A stretch of DNA of 64,000 nt from Vicugna vicugna (taxonomy: Eukaryota). Positions 1 to 13,085 of this stretch are shown one piece after another. The DNA is taken from positions 3,473,050-3,537,049 of the forward strand of contig MU058781.1 of assembly GCA_013265495.1 (NCBI GenBank). Reading direction: 5' to 3'. The notes below the pieces were generated by a model. The model had not been told where the DNA came from and made no database searches. It worked only from the letters and a program-made list of their open reading frames with translations. The translations under genes and the position numbers were made by a program. Positions within the stretch are counted from its first letter, which is position 1. Every line of letters begins with the position of its first letter.

Positions 1-848
1 CCAGGCCGTCACCTAATTATGCTCTTCCGTTGTTGGCCGGTTGGCAGCAAGTTGGAACATTCTGGCACCAGCCAAAGGTGCATGGCAGCTGCACGATACA
101 GAGTCAAAACAGCCAGGGTGGTTTGCATTCACTTGCGTGTGTTTGTTTTATAGGCCTTTGTGGTAAGATTCTGTCTGACTGCATCTTCTTTTAATAGAAT
201 TAAATACAGTCTAGGGCTTGGAGGAAAAATTGCCTTTAAATAACATCGGTTGAACATGAGTTGACAGCATCCTAGAGAGAGAGCCCCTGTGCTGCTCCAG
301 AAGAAATAAGCCTGGTGACAGGAAGGGATAATAGAAATGTCAGCCTTATGTTGTTAAAGCTCAAAGGAAAGAGGGGTGCCCGTGGGCTACCCGGGAGAGG
401 GTTAAATAAATCACTCGTTTCACTCCTTCACCGCGAACCCATCCGAACGGCCCATTGCGAGTCTCCCTTGGCAACAACACGGCCTGCTGTGTGTGTGGAC
501 CCCCCTTTCATTTGACCTCGTAAATCAATATATTCCCATTCCTGCACACCCTAGAGTTTGTGTACTGTTTGCACGTACACTGTGTGTGTGTCTAAAGAAC
601 ATAAAAGGTTACGAATCCACCTTGCGGACAGCACTGCCTTTGACACACAGAGGTGGGCTCACAAATCCAAAACAATGCAGAGCCGTTGTGTAAGGTTTCT
701 GTCACCTGATGGGAGAGACAGGACAGATGTGGGAAAATCCTTGCCCACAAGGAAAGACAAACTGCTTGTCAAGACCAAGACACTGCAGTGTGCTTAAGAA
801 AGAGACCGCCTGGCTGTCCATGTGAACAGGCCTGGAGCTGGCTCATGA

Positions 849-1487
<639 letters not shown>

Positions 1488-2783
1488 TGACAATAAGGAG
1501 ACACTGGGGTACATCAGGGACCATCTCCTAGAGCCCTGCCTCTGCCCCATCCTTCCCCGGCTAGTGACTTCCTGCCACGACACAGGAGGTCCCTCCAGCC
1601 CAGCCTCTGGCTGGAGGGTGAGCCCGGGGAACTTGCTTCTGTATTTGGTGAGGCTGGACGTGGCCAAAGGCAGACACGTCTCCCAGAAACGGCCTCCTGT
1701 TGGGGTGGGTCCACCCTTCTCTCCTCACCCAGATCTTGATCTGTGGAAGCCTCTGCTCTCCTCTGCCAACACGGCACTCCCCTCCTCCCTTCATGACCCA
1801 GTCCCCGGGGCAGTTGTGTCCTGTAGATGTGACCAGAGGAAGGACCGTGGCCTCGCTTTCTTGTTTACACACCCACTGCGGTGCACCTGCGTACCAGGAG
1901 GCAGGAACTAGCCAATGTCAAGGGGAAGTCTAGGCCACCTCCACGAAACGTGCTCAGGTTCTCAGTGGCTGGTGGGCAGGAGCATCTCCAGTTCCTCAAA
2001 GGCTGCTGGGGAAGCAGGGCCCCCTGCTGCAGCCACTTAAAGCCCAATGCCTGCCTTCCCTGGCGGGAGCCACTCTGACCCTACACAAAGGCTTTTCCAT
2101 CCTCAGACTTCCGGCGTATTGGTGGCTTCCCATCAAAGCAAATGTCCACCTTAGAGCTATGGGAAAGGGCACATGTTTAAAATGTCAGCCCCCAAGGAAG
2201 GAATGAGGTTTTCTTCCCCTCCAGACACGCTCCTGCTCCAGTGCCCCACACCCCACTTTGTGGTCTGATGACCAGCCCAGTCCACTCGCTGCAGCCACTC
2301 TGAGCGTCTCACCATAGGTCATGCAAGTTTATCTCGTGCATAGTTGAGGGACTTTAAAACTCTACCCTTGAGGGTGAACTACATCACCAATAGAGCTGTA
2401 AAAGAGCAGAGGCTTCGTAAGTCAAAGGGCAAGGCAGGAGCTGGCCGTAACCCCGCACCTTAATTTGGCTGGGGCGCTGGATCCACCTCCTCTGGAAGGA
2501 GCCATCCTGAGGCATCACTGCGCCTCTGGGACCTTAGATTTACCTAAGGAAGACGAGAGGCTGACCTTTCCATGTGTACTTGGGCCCCAGGAGTGTGGGA
2601 CAGGTGGACAGGCCCTCTGGGCGCCCAGATGGAACAGGTCTGGCAACTTAGATTTAGGGGAGGGGATGCCTCGCAGGCTCTAAAAGATCGCCCCGGTGAT
2701 TCCTTTCCTCCCGGTGAGAGAAGCCATTTTCCGCACTTGAGTGGCTTTGTTGAAGAAAGAAAATACTGTTAGGAATAAGCTAA

Positions 2784-3086
<303 letters not shown>

Positions 3087-3723
3087 TAGGCCACCTTTTC
3101 AAAGCCTAGTTTTTAACTCAGACTAAAGCTCTGAAAAGTGCCAGCCCCGCAGTGTGTTTTTAGGAAAACTTAAGCTGAGGAGAAAAGATCATTGCCAACT
3201 TACAGCCAGTCAGCCGAGACCTAACTTGGGCAAAATACCAAACCCACATGGCTCGTCCAAGTGGGTTCGCGGCTGTGACGCCACGCCAGTCTCCCAGACC
3301 GTCCTGTGTGAGGACACTTGGTGGGACTGAAGCCCAGAGAGATGTAAGGGGCTGGCACAAGGTCACAGGGCTAGTTAGGGACAGAGCCACTGACTTAATC
3401 CTTCCGACCCTCTCCTCTGGTGAATGTCTGGAGAAACGGCGCCTCAGACACCAGGCTAGGGTTTCCGCCTCGCCGCTGAGTCTGAGCATGGGCTGGGGGG
3501 CCCCAGGAGTTCCTGATCAGACTACTCCGAAACCAAAGGTGAACCGGCTGGGCCTCATGTTCTTGATGGGTCTGGTGGAGATTTACTGGCCTTCAGGTAG
3601 ACAGGCCCCCCAAACCTCCCTGTTGCTGTCAGGAGCAAGGGATCCGCAGATGGAGAGCTTGGGCTGTCAAACCCAACACCTCTGCCGGCCCTGTGGTCTT
3701 GATGTGATTGTTTGTTTCCCTAG

Positions 3724-3739
3724 GTTTCACCGACCTTAA
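3724..3739 (+). CDS. PHACTR1: PHACTR1 last coding exon (R-F-H-R-P-stop)
   Basis: ttgtttgtttccctag| then G TTT CAC CGA CCT TAA. This completes the split Arg codon and gives the PHACTR-family C-terminus RFHRP*. Confidence 0.95.
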
Positions 3740-6700
3740 CAGTTGAATTTCTCCTGAGTGCTATGCTGTCTTCAAAACATAAATTTATAAGAACCATAAG
3801 TGCTGGTATTTATTCACTTCCCCATCACGATGTAAATCTTCTGAACTGCCTTTTTTTAAAAGAAGGAGGAGGAAGAAAAGGAAACACAATCAGGATTTTG
3901 TTTGCAAAAATGCGATGGTTACGGCTCCGTGGTCAGAGCTGCTGGCACCACCGCTGATGACGGACAGGGCCGACGACACCGGAGACGTCCTGGGCCTCTC
4001 CAGCCAGGCCGACAGGTACCACGTTTATCTCGGCTCCAGTGAGCCTCCGCCTCGAAAGTGTCCAACACCTGAGTCCAAAGAAAGCTGAGGCGGTGGGGCC
4101 AGCCTGGAGACTGCAAAGCGAGGGATCTGCATTGGCCTCCTCCACTTGGCCGGCCAGCCTGGCTCCTGGTGCGGCATCTGGTGTGGGAGCCTCTGCGGAG
4201 GTGTTGTGGAGAGGGTCACTGTCCTTGGTGGCCCCTGTCCTTACCTCTCCAACCACCATCCGTGCGGTGAACAGAAGGGGAGAGCCCTTCGCTGGGCGAG
4301 TCTGTGGTTGAGTGTCTGTCCTAAGAGTGTGTGTGCTCCAGGAGGGGAAGGCTGGCACCGAGCACCCCTCCTGTCCCCTCAGGCTGAGCTGAGCTGCCTC
4401 CCGGAAGCTCTGGTTTAGAAGGGGAAGGTTGTCATATTAAAACAGCCAGACGGCGCAGGTGGTCTCAGGCACACAGACGTGTCTATCATGCGTGGGGGCA
4501 GCGGGACCCTATTGAGGGTATAAAAGCCCTTGAGGGGGTGACAGACCGTGGCTGATGTTCATTTGTTCTGCCAGCCCCAGTGCTGGTGACCATGTGGCTT
4601 GGAAGTCAATGGCCTGAGTCGAGGACCAATGCATGCAGTCCAGAGACCCTTCCTGAAAGGCTGGCTTTCCAACGACTAGGGGCTTGGTCCTCCAGAACCA
4701 CCGGAGGGCCTTCCCGTCTTTCTTCGCCCTGGAGAGTCTTGGAGAAGCCCCAGAGTCCTGCAGACACAGCCACACTGGCGGTGCTGCACCCCCCCCCATC
4801 CCCGCTTCTCCAGGGAGCCACCCCACCTCTCCCTCTCGGTGCTGGTGAAGGGACTGGAGATGTCTCTCTGACCATCTCCCCCACCTGGGACCGCAGGAAA
4901 GCAGTGCAGACAGGGGGACGCGAGGGGAGGCTGTCCCAGCCCAGGCTGCTTCCATTTTCCTTCCTGATGGAGCCTGTAGGGCATTTGGCTGCCCTGCCCC
5001 GCCAGGCCTGCGCGGGGGGTCCTGTGGTTCTACCAGCTTTCTCGGTGCTGGCTCACTTCCCGCCACACAGGCCCGGGATTTAGAAAGATGCCAGCTTGGC
5101 CTTCACCAAAGAGTTAATAGGTCTCTTCCCCGAACCGTGTCGGATCACGTTACTTTGGGGATGCACACCCAGCTCCTGGGCCGGTGTTAACCCGTGCGTG
5201 TCTTGTGGGGAGCTGGGGCCCGGTCCTAGGCGGGGGGCCCACAGCGGCACAAAGCTGGCCTATGCTTTCCTTGCACCACCTGGAGGAGCAGGCCACCGCC
5301 CAGCCCCGGGGGATGCCATCACCCCATCCGTTCTTTGACTGTTAAAGTGAATAGTTACTGCTGTGGGTAGAGGTATCGTTCAGAAAACATGTGGTCAGGA
5401 TCTTACTGTGGCTGTAAACATGGGTCTTCCCAAAAGGCTTACTGATGTTTGAATGTGCAGACAGCGTGACGAAGGGTGTAGGGCCCTTCTGGTAACTTCT
5501 CTGTGGTGGGCACGTGTTCTGGGTGGGGTGCTGGGCCGGGAGCTGAGTCTGACCTTCCCCTAACTCACAGCTGTGCTTCCGGTGCCTCCCAGGGGCCTGG
5601 CGGACGATCAGGCCCTCCCCGGCCCAGGAGCCAGGCCTCAGGGAGCTCAGTCCACCACCTGGACTCCGCCCACCAAGGCCAGTGGCCTCTCTGCTGGCCT
5701 CGGCTCCGGCTCCGGGGCCTTTCAGATTCCCTGGGAACGTGACACCTAAATCGAGTTCCCTGCCGCCAGCCAGCCGGCCAGGGCTTCCGCCCACAGCGCC
5801 GCAGCGCCGCAGCTTCTGTTCCTCCTCCTACTGAGCGCCCTCTTCTGGGAGAGCGCCGTCACCGCCCTCTCAGTGGGCTCCTCCAGCCCCCTGTGAGCAG
5901 CTCGGCAACCTGGGGAGGTCAAAGGATGGCCCTCGGCTGTTTCTCTCCTCTCGAAATCGTGAGGTTTTTATAGACGTCTGTCCAAACTTCCTTTTATGCC
6001 ACATTGTTAAGACAACTGAAAAATGTATTTCTCTCCAAGATGACAGTTTGACATTGGTGGGAGGGAAGAAAGATGGGCTAGGTAGTTTACGACGTGCCCC
6101 TTTTCTGAGAAAGCTGCAGTTCGGATAAAGGTTTATCTTGGGGTATCAGTTCCCAGCTGAGCCTCTGGTCATCTGGAGTAGCATGAGGGGGGGGGGAGTG
6201 ACATTTCTCAATCAGAACGTTTCCCTGTGGACACTGCCCCCCAGTCCCTACCCCACCCACCAGAGAGACTGCCCGTTGGCCTACCTGCTCTTCCGAAATT
6301 GCTGGTATGTTCCTCCCCGGAGGCTCTCAAAACTCTGTAAAACTGTCAGATTAGAGGCGACGGTAGATGTGATGAAAACCTCCGAGTTTTATTTTTCTCC
6401 CGCTTCTGAACGTGTATGTGTATCTGCCGAATGAAAATCGTGGTGTGTGCTTTGATGAGTGGATTTGCAGGCTCGCCCTGTGCACAGCCAGAGGGCAAAG
6501 GTCACCTGAAATGACTTTTTCTTCCCCTGTGTTGATCCCCAGACCAGTTGCTTTTTCCAGTTGCTCCCCGGGTGTCTGTACATAGCGTGTCTTTGTAGAG
6601 GAGCACTCGCCCGTGTTCCGACGTAACAGACGACAGCTTATGAGGACGACACTGTAAATAGAATACAAATTAAGCTGGATCTCTGTGGCCTAGGTTTTGT

Positions 6701-6805
6701 ACATAGAGAAACTGCATGGTATTTAAATTATTGTTTGTCTCTGATGATGTATGCAGTTTCTTTAAAAACAAACCAAAAAAAAGTAAAAAAATCATTTCCT
6801 TGAGT
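3740..6805 (+). other. PHACTR1: PHACTR1 3' UTR (probable long form)
   Basis: Follows the stop codon. An AU-rich block at 6650-6790 ends in the variant signal AGTAAA (6782-6787), followed by GU-rich gttgtgtgtgttttt. The end position is inferred. Confidence 0.5.
5832..5849 (-). promoter_or_regulatory. CTCF-like binding motif
   Basis: Minus strand reads CCCAGAAGAGGGCGCTCA, close to the CTCF core CCASYAGRKGGCRS. A weaker copy lies at 5861-5876. Confidence 0.45.
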
Positions 6806-8754
6806 TGTGTGTGTTTTTATCAACTACCAGCAGGGACCACAGAAAATACTTAGTTTGGCTGGGGTGGGGGTGGGGAGGAGTAAACCAGTTTATCAGCAAG
6901 CTAGCAGGTTATGAAGACACAGGGCAGCCTCACCCAGGTGCTGCTATTGGGGGAGGCAGGACTCCTGCACATAAACGAGCTTTCTGGATAGCTTCTGTAT
7001 GCTAGGATTTTTTTTTTCTCCTTCCAAACATCTTTCAAAGAATATTTAAATGGATTGCCAGCTATCTGTCCTTTAGTAACCTGGGAATGAGGAGGTGGAA
7101 ATTAACCCAATGAGTGGCATCACTCGGTCACCTTGGTAGCAGCAGGCATCACTGCCCCAAAGGCCTTTGCTCTTGGAGGGCTTACTTACGTCTGTCTCCT
7201 TCCTTGAGGAACTGGAGTATTTGTCCCATAAAGCAGAGACCTTCATTCCTTAACCTTTCGGTCCTAACGTGTTTTTGCAGGTTTTAGGGGTGGGAGGAAG
7301 GGCTGCCGTGCCCACTGGCTGCATTCTAGGTCGTGGGATTGCTGAGGAACACACCACTGGACTAGGTACCTGGGAGGGTGGCTCTGGGAAAGAGGACCTG
7401 AGTCAGTGCTGTTCCCCTGGGCCACTGCCAGGAATCATCCGGGCATCTTGTCAGAGTGCAGGTGCTGACTCTGCGGCCTGGGCGGGCCTGCGAGCCTGCA
7501 CTTCCGGCTAGCTCCCGGGGCATGCCAATGCCCGTGGGCATCTTCTGAGCAGCAAGGGCTTGAGAGAACCATGGAAAGGGAGCTGTCTCCCCCTTTGCCC
7601 GGGAATCTCCGGCCCCTGAAGCTCGGGGTGACCATGCACACTGCTTGTCTTTGCCGAGCAGCAGCGGGAAGGCCCCCCTGCAGGTCAGCGGAACCGCACC
7701 AGAGTCGCGCGAGCTCTCACCTGTGCGGGAAGAGGGATGCCCGAGCCGGTGGGCCGCAGTGGAGCGTGCGCGGTGCACAGAAAGGACTTCGGGTTTCAAG
7801 GTTAGGGCTTCTTTGCCGTTCTGCCCTCTCTTCACTCCAGAATTCTGACCTTAACAAGTCAGAACTTGATTGCAGTTACCTGGAGGAGCGGACGGACAAG
7901 AAAGAAAAGCTTTGATAGTGCCACCGACAGGCTCCGGCTTGAAAGATGGAAGGAAACTAGCTGTCATCCTAAGATAAAGCCCTTTCTGAAGTAAAGCAGG
8001 TCATGGCTGCACATTCTCAAGAGGTGGAGGACCTGGTGTGTCCACTCTTGGGTCATCCTATCACAGAAGTGGTGGCCCTGCTGTGACATCAAACTTGACA
8101 GTTTCGGCCAAGTCCACTTCTCTGGGCCTCAATGTCCTCACATGGAAAGTGGGGGCATTAGGCGTCCTGTAACATCCTTTAGGACGTCAGCTTTCTAAGA
8201 TCTGGGTTTATTTGAATTTTTAAAACACTAAACTTAGTGCTTAGGAAAGAGTAAGCTTTGGGGAAGTCTCTTAGAGAACAGTTTGGCGCCCTCTCCTTCA
8301 GACCACCCACAAGTCTGATGCACCACGCCTGCCACCCTACTCTGCCACAGGTCAGCCTCCTGGAGGGCGGCTTGGCACTGGGACCTGTGGTCTCCCACAT
8401 GTCTTCATGGAGGCTCGGCCTAAAGCTGCTATCGTCCAGATAATGCCATCCTGCGCCCCGCCACCCACTTCCTCTGGGCACAGCACCCTGGGGGGCTTGT
8501 GGGCTTGAATGGTGATGCTTAAGACCCAGCCTGTTGTCCCCTACAGCACCCCAAGTTCATGAGCACTTCAGTGATGCGGTTACTTACCCCTGATCATTAA
8601 TCCAAAGGACAGGTCTGACGCTGGAGATGCTCCCTGGCTGGCTCCACAGGTCCCGAGTGCTTTCTGGACTCAGATGATTCCTTATCTACAGCTGTCATTC
8701 AGGTCCGCCCTGAGCTCCTGACCCACATGTCCAAATGTCACAAAGCAGCCACGT

Positions 8755-8965
8755 GGGTCAGACTGGCTCCCTGGGGTCAAATTCTGTCTCTTCCACCCCT
8801 GACTAGCTGTGCAGCTTTAGACAAGTTACTTAATCTCACTGTGCCTCAGCTTCGTCGTCTGTAAATGGGAATAATGGCACCTGTTTTATAGGCCTGATTG
8901 GATTAAGTAAAACGTGCAAAGTGCTTATTATTAGCACAGTTAGGCCTTGCTCAGTGTCAGCTCTT
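8755..8965 (+). mobile_element. MIR SINE remnant
   Basis: MIR core-like text: caagttacttaatctcactgtgcctcagcttcgtcgtctgtaaatgggaataat. Confidence 0.75.
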
Positions 8966-8969
8966 GAGA

Positions 8970-11900
8970 CTTGGCCAAGACAGTGGAGTAAGAAGACCCT
9001 GAGCCCATCTCCTCCCATGGACCCATAATCACAACTATTTACAGAGCAACTATTGATGAGAAAGCCTGGAATCTAGCAGAAGAGATCTTATATAACTAAA
9101 GATATAAAGAACGAACCACAAGACAGGTAGGAGGGGTGGAGTCATGGTACAGTCAAGACCCACACGTGGAAAGATAATGACAATTGCAGAGGTCCTCCCC
9201 AGGGAGCAAGGGGCCCAAGCCCTGCATCAGGCTCCACATCCTGGGGGCCTTGCACTGGGAAGGCCAGGCCCCAGAGTATTTGGCTTCGGAGACCAGCAGT
9301 GCTTGCTTTCGGGAGAGCCAGAGGGCTGTAAGAAATAGACTCCACTCTTAAAGGGCGCACACAAAGTCTCCCACACTCCAGGACCCAGGGCGGAAGCAGT
9401 CATGTGGAAGGAGCCTGGGTCAGACCCACCTGCTGATCTTGCAGAGCCTCCCGGAGAGGCAGGAGGCGACTGGAGCTCACAATGGGGACACAGACGCTTC
9501 GGCAGCCATTTAGGGGAGTTCACACAGCCCATCCACCAGCAGGCCTGCTGCCTTCAGACCCCTGAGCTCACAGCTGCCCAGGGACATGGCCCTGCCCTGC
9601 AGAGGGCCAAGACCTGGCCCCATATACCAGTGTGCCAGCGCTAGCTTGGGAACCCTGCGCCTGGGCCCTGCCCACAGTGGGCCAACACCAGCTCAGACTT
9701 GACATTCAGAACATTAAACCAGATGGACTTAACAGATATACATAAAACATTCCATCCAAAAGCAGCAAAATACACATTCTTTTCAAATGCACATGGAACA
9801 TTTTCCAGGACAGATGACATGGTAGGCCATAAAATAAATCTCAGTAAATTTAAGAAAACTGAAATTCGTATCAAGCATCTTTTTCAACCACAATGTTATA
9901 AGATTAGAAAGTAACTACAAGAAAAAAACTGCAAAAAAAGCAAACACATGGAGGCTAAACAACATGCTACTGAACAGACAATGGATCACTGGGGGTAAAA
10001 AAGAAGCAATCCAAAACTACCTAGAGACAAATCCAAATGGAAAAACACAGCAATCCAAAATCTGGGATGCAGCAAAGGCAGTTCTGAGGGAGAAGTTTAT
10101 AGTGATTCAAGTCTACTTCAGGAAACAAGAAAATCGCAAACAAGCTAACCTTACACATAAAGGAACTAGAAAAAGAACAAACAAAAGGAACTAAAAAGAA
10201 CAAAAGTTAGTAGAAGGAAAGAAATCATAGAGATCAAACAAAAATAAATAGATACTAAGAAAAAAAGAAAAAGATCAATGAAACTAAGAGCTGGTTCTCT
10301 GAAAAGATAACATTGATAAACCTTTAGCCAAACTCATCAAAAAAAAAAAAAAGTGGGCCCAAATCAACACAGTAAGAAATGACAAAGGAGGAGTTACAAC
10401 CTATACAACAGAAATACAAATGATAAGAGATTACTATGAACAACTATATACTGATAAAATGAACAACCTAAAAAAAATGGACAAATTCCTAGAAATGTAC
10501 ACTGCCGAGACTGAACCAGAAAGAGAGAGAAAATATGAACAGACCAATTACCAGAAATGAAATTGAATTAGTAATTAAACTCCCAAAAAACAAAAGTCCA
10601 GGACCAGATGCTTTCACAAACATTTAGAGAAGACTTAACACCTATCCTCAAATTACTCCAAAAAACTGCAGAGGAAGGAATGCTTCCAAACTCATTCTAT
10701 GAAGCCAGCATTGCCTGATACCAAAACCAAACAAAGATATCACATGGAAAAGAAAATTACAGGCCAATATCACTGATGAACAAAGATACAGAAAATCCTC
10801 AACAGAATATTAGCAAATCAAATTCAACAATACATTAAAAGGATCACACATCATGATCAAGTGGGATTTATCCCAGGGATGCAAGGATAGTTCAACATCT
10901 GAAAATCAAATTAATGAACTGACTAAAAGTCACATGATCATCTTCAATAGATGCAGAAAATTCAACATTCATTTATGATAAAAACTATCAAAGTGGGTAC
11001 AGAGGGAACATATCTCAACATAATAAAGGCCATATATAACAAGCCCACAGTTAAAATCAGTAGTGAAAAGATGAAACCATTTCTTCTAAGATCAGGAATA
11101 AGACAAGGATGCCCACTCTTGCTAATTTATTCAACATAGTAGAAGTCCTAGCCAAAGCAATCAAAAAGAAAGAAAAGGAATCCAAATTGGAAAGGAAGAA
11201 GTAAAACTCACTGTTTGCAGATGACATGATACTATACACAGAAAATCCCCAAAAATGCCACCAAAAAACTACTAAAGCTGAATGAATTCAGTAAAGTTGC
11301 AGGATACAAAGTTAATATACAGAAGTCTGTTGAATATCTATACACTAACAACAAACTATCAGAGAATTTAATAAAACTATCCCACTTACTACTGCATCGA
11401 GAAGAATAAAATACCTCAGAGTAAACCTACCTACGGAGGTAAAAGACCTGTACTTAGAAAGCTGTCAGACACTGAGGAAAGAAACTGAAGACGGTACAAA
11501 CAGATGGAAAGATATTCTGTGTTCACGGATTGGAAGAATATTGTTTAAATAACCCTAGTACCCAAGGTGATCTACAGATTGAATGCAATCCCTATCAAAA
11601 CACCAAAGACGTTTTTCACAGAACCAGAACAAATAATTCTAAAATTTGAATGGAAACATGAAAGATCCTGAATAGCCAAAGAAATCTAGAGAAAGAAGAA
11701 TAGAGCTGAAGGTATTACATTCCCTAACTTCAGGATATACTGCAGAGCTACAGTAATCAAAACAGTATGGTATGGGTATAAAAATAGAATAGAGATCCCA
11801 GAAATAAGCCCACACACTTATAATCAATTAATCTATGACAAAGGACGCAAGAATATACAATGGGGAAAAGACAGTCTCTTCAGTAAGTGGTGCCGGGAAA

Positions 11901-13085
11901 GCTGGACAGCTACAAGTAAAAGAATGAAATGAGAACATTTTTCTCACATGATATACAAAAATAAATTCAGGTTTTTAATCTGTTTTGAGTTTAAGACCAG
12001 AAACCATAAAATTCCTTGAAGAAAACATAGGCAGAACACTCTTTGACATAAATTGTGGCAGTATTTTTTTTAGATCTGTCTCCTAAGGCAAAGAAAACAA
12101 AAGCAAAAATAAATAAATGGGACCTAATTAAACTTAAAATCGTTTGCACAGCATAGGAAACCATCAACAACAACAACAAAAGGCAACCTAAAGAATGGGA
12201 GAAAATATTTGCAAACGATATGACTGATAAGGGGTTAATATCCAAAATACATAAACAGCGTGGGGAGGGAGCGCCAGAGGGAGGAAAAATAAAATATATG
12301 TGTGTATATATATACAGCTCATACAACCCAAAATCAATAAAACAACCAACCTGATTAAAAAATGGGCAGAAAGTCTGAATAGATAATTTTCCAAAGAAGA
12401 CATACAGATGGCCAACAGGCACATGAAAGGATGTGCAACACTGCTAATCTGCAGAGAAATGCAAATCAAAGCCACAATGAGATACCACCTCACACCTGCC
12501 AGAATAGCTATCATCAAAAAGACCCCATATCACAAGTACTGGCAAGTATGCGGAGGAAAGAGAACCCTAGTACACTGCTGGTGGGAAGGTAGACTCGGGT
12601 AGCCACTGTGGAGAACAGCACGGAGGTTCTTCAGAAAACTAAAAATAGAACTACCATATGATCCATCAGTTCTACTCCTGGGTATGTATATGAGGAAAAT
12701 GAAAACACTAGTTTGAAAAGATACACACAACCCCATGTTCACAGCAGTATTTATAATTAACTAAAGACATGGAAGCAACCTAAGTGTCCATCAATAGATG
12801 AATGGATAAAGATAATATGGTATATATACAAACAATGGAATGCTACAGCTATAAAAAAAGGAAGTTTGCCATTTGCAACAACATGGATGGACCTGGAGCG
12901 TATTATTAAGTCACAGAAAGAAATACCGTATGTTATCACTTATATGTAGAATATAAAAAAAAGAATGACTATAACAAAACAGAAACAAACTCACAGATTC
13001 AGAGAACAAAGTAGTAGCTACCAGTGGGGAGAGAGAAGGCAGGCAGGGCAAGACAGCGGCAGGGGAAGAAGAGGCACCAAAAGTA
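8970..13085 (+). mobile_element. Degenerate LINE-1 (cetartiodactyl-type 5' UTR joined to ORF2; ORF1 missing; 3' UTR truncated)
   Basis: The 5' end (caagacagtggagtaagaagaccctgagc...) resembles artiodactyl L1 5' UTRs. From about 9711 there are ORF2 peptides: LNQMDLTDIHKTFHPKAAKYTFFSNAHGTFSR (endonuclease), SGIRQGCPL and the tttgcagatgacatgat (FADDM) RT motif, and [15 protein letters not shown] (C-terminal). Many frameshifts and stops. Confidence 0.93.

Noticed and set aside
3900..5800. Multiple 100-185 aa ORFs downstream of PHACTR1
   Set aside because: They lie in the GC-rich 3' UTR, with no recognisable homology and no consistent exon structure.
8970..13085. Active L1 or domesticated reverse-transcriptase gene
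   Set aside because: ORF1 is absent and ORF2 is broken by many stops and frameshifts.
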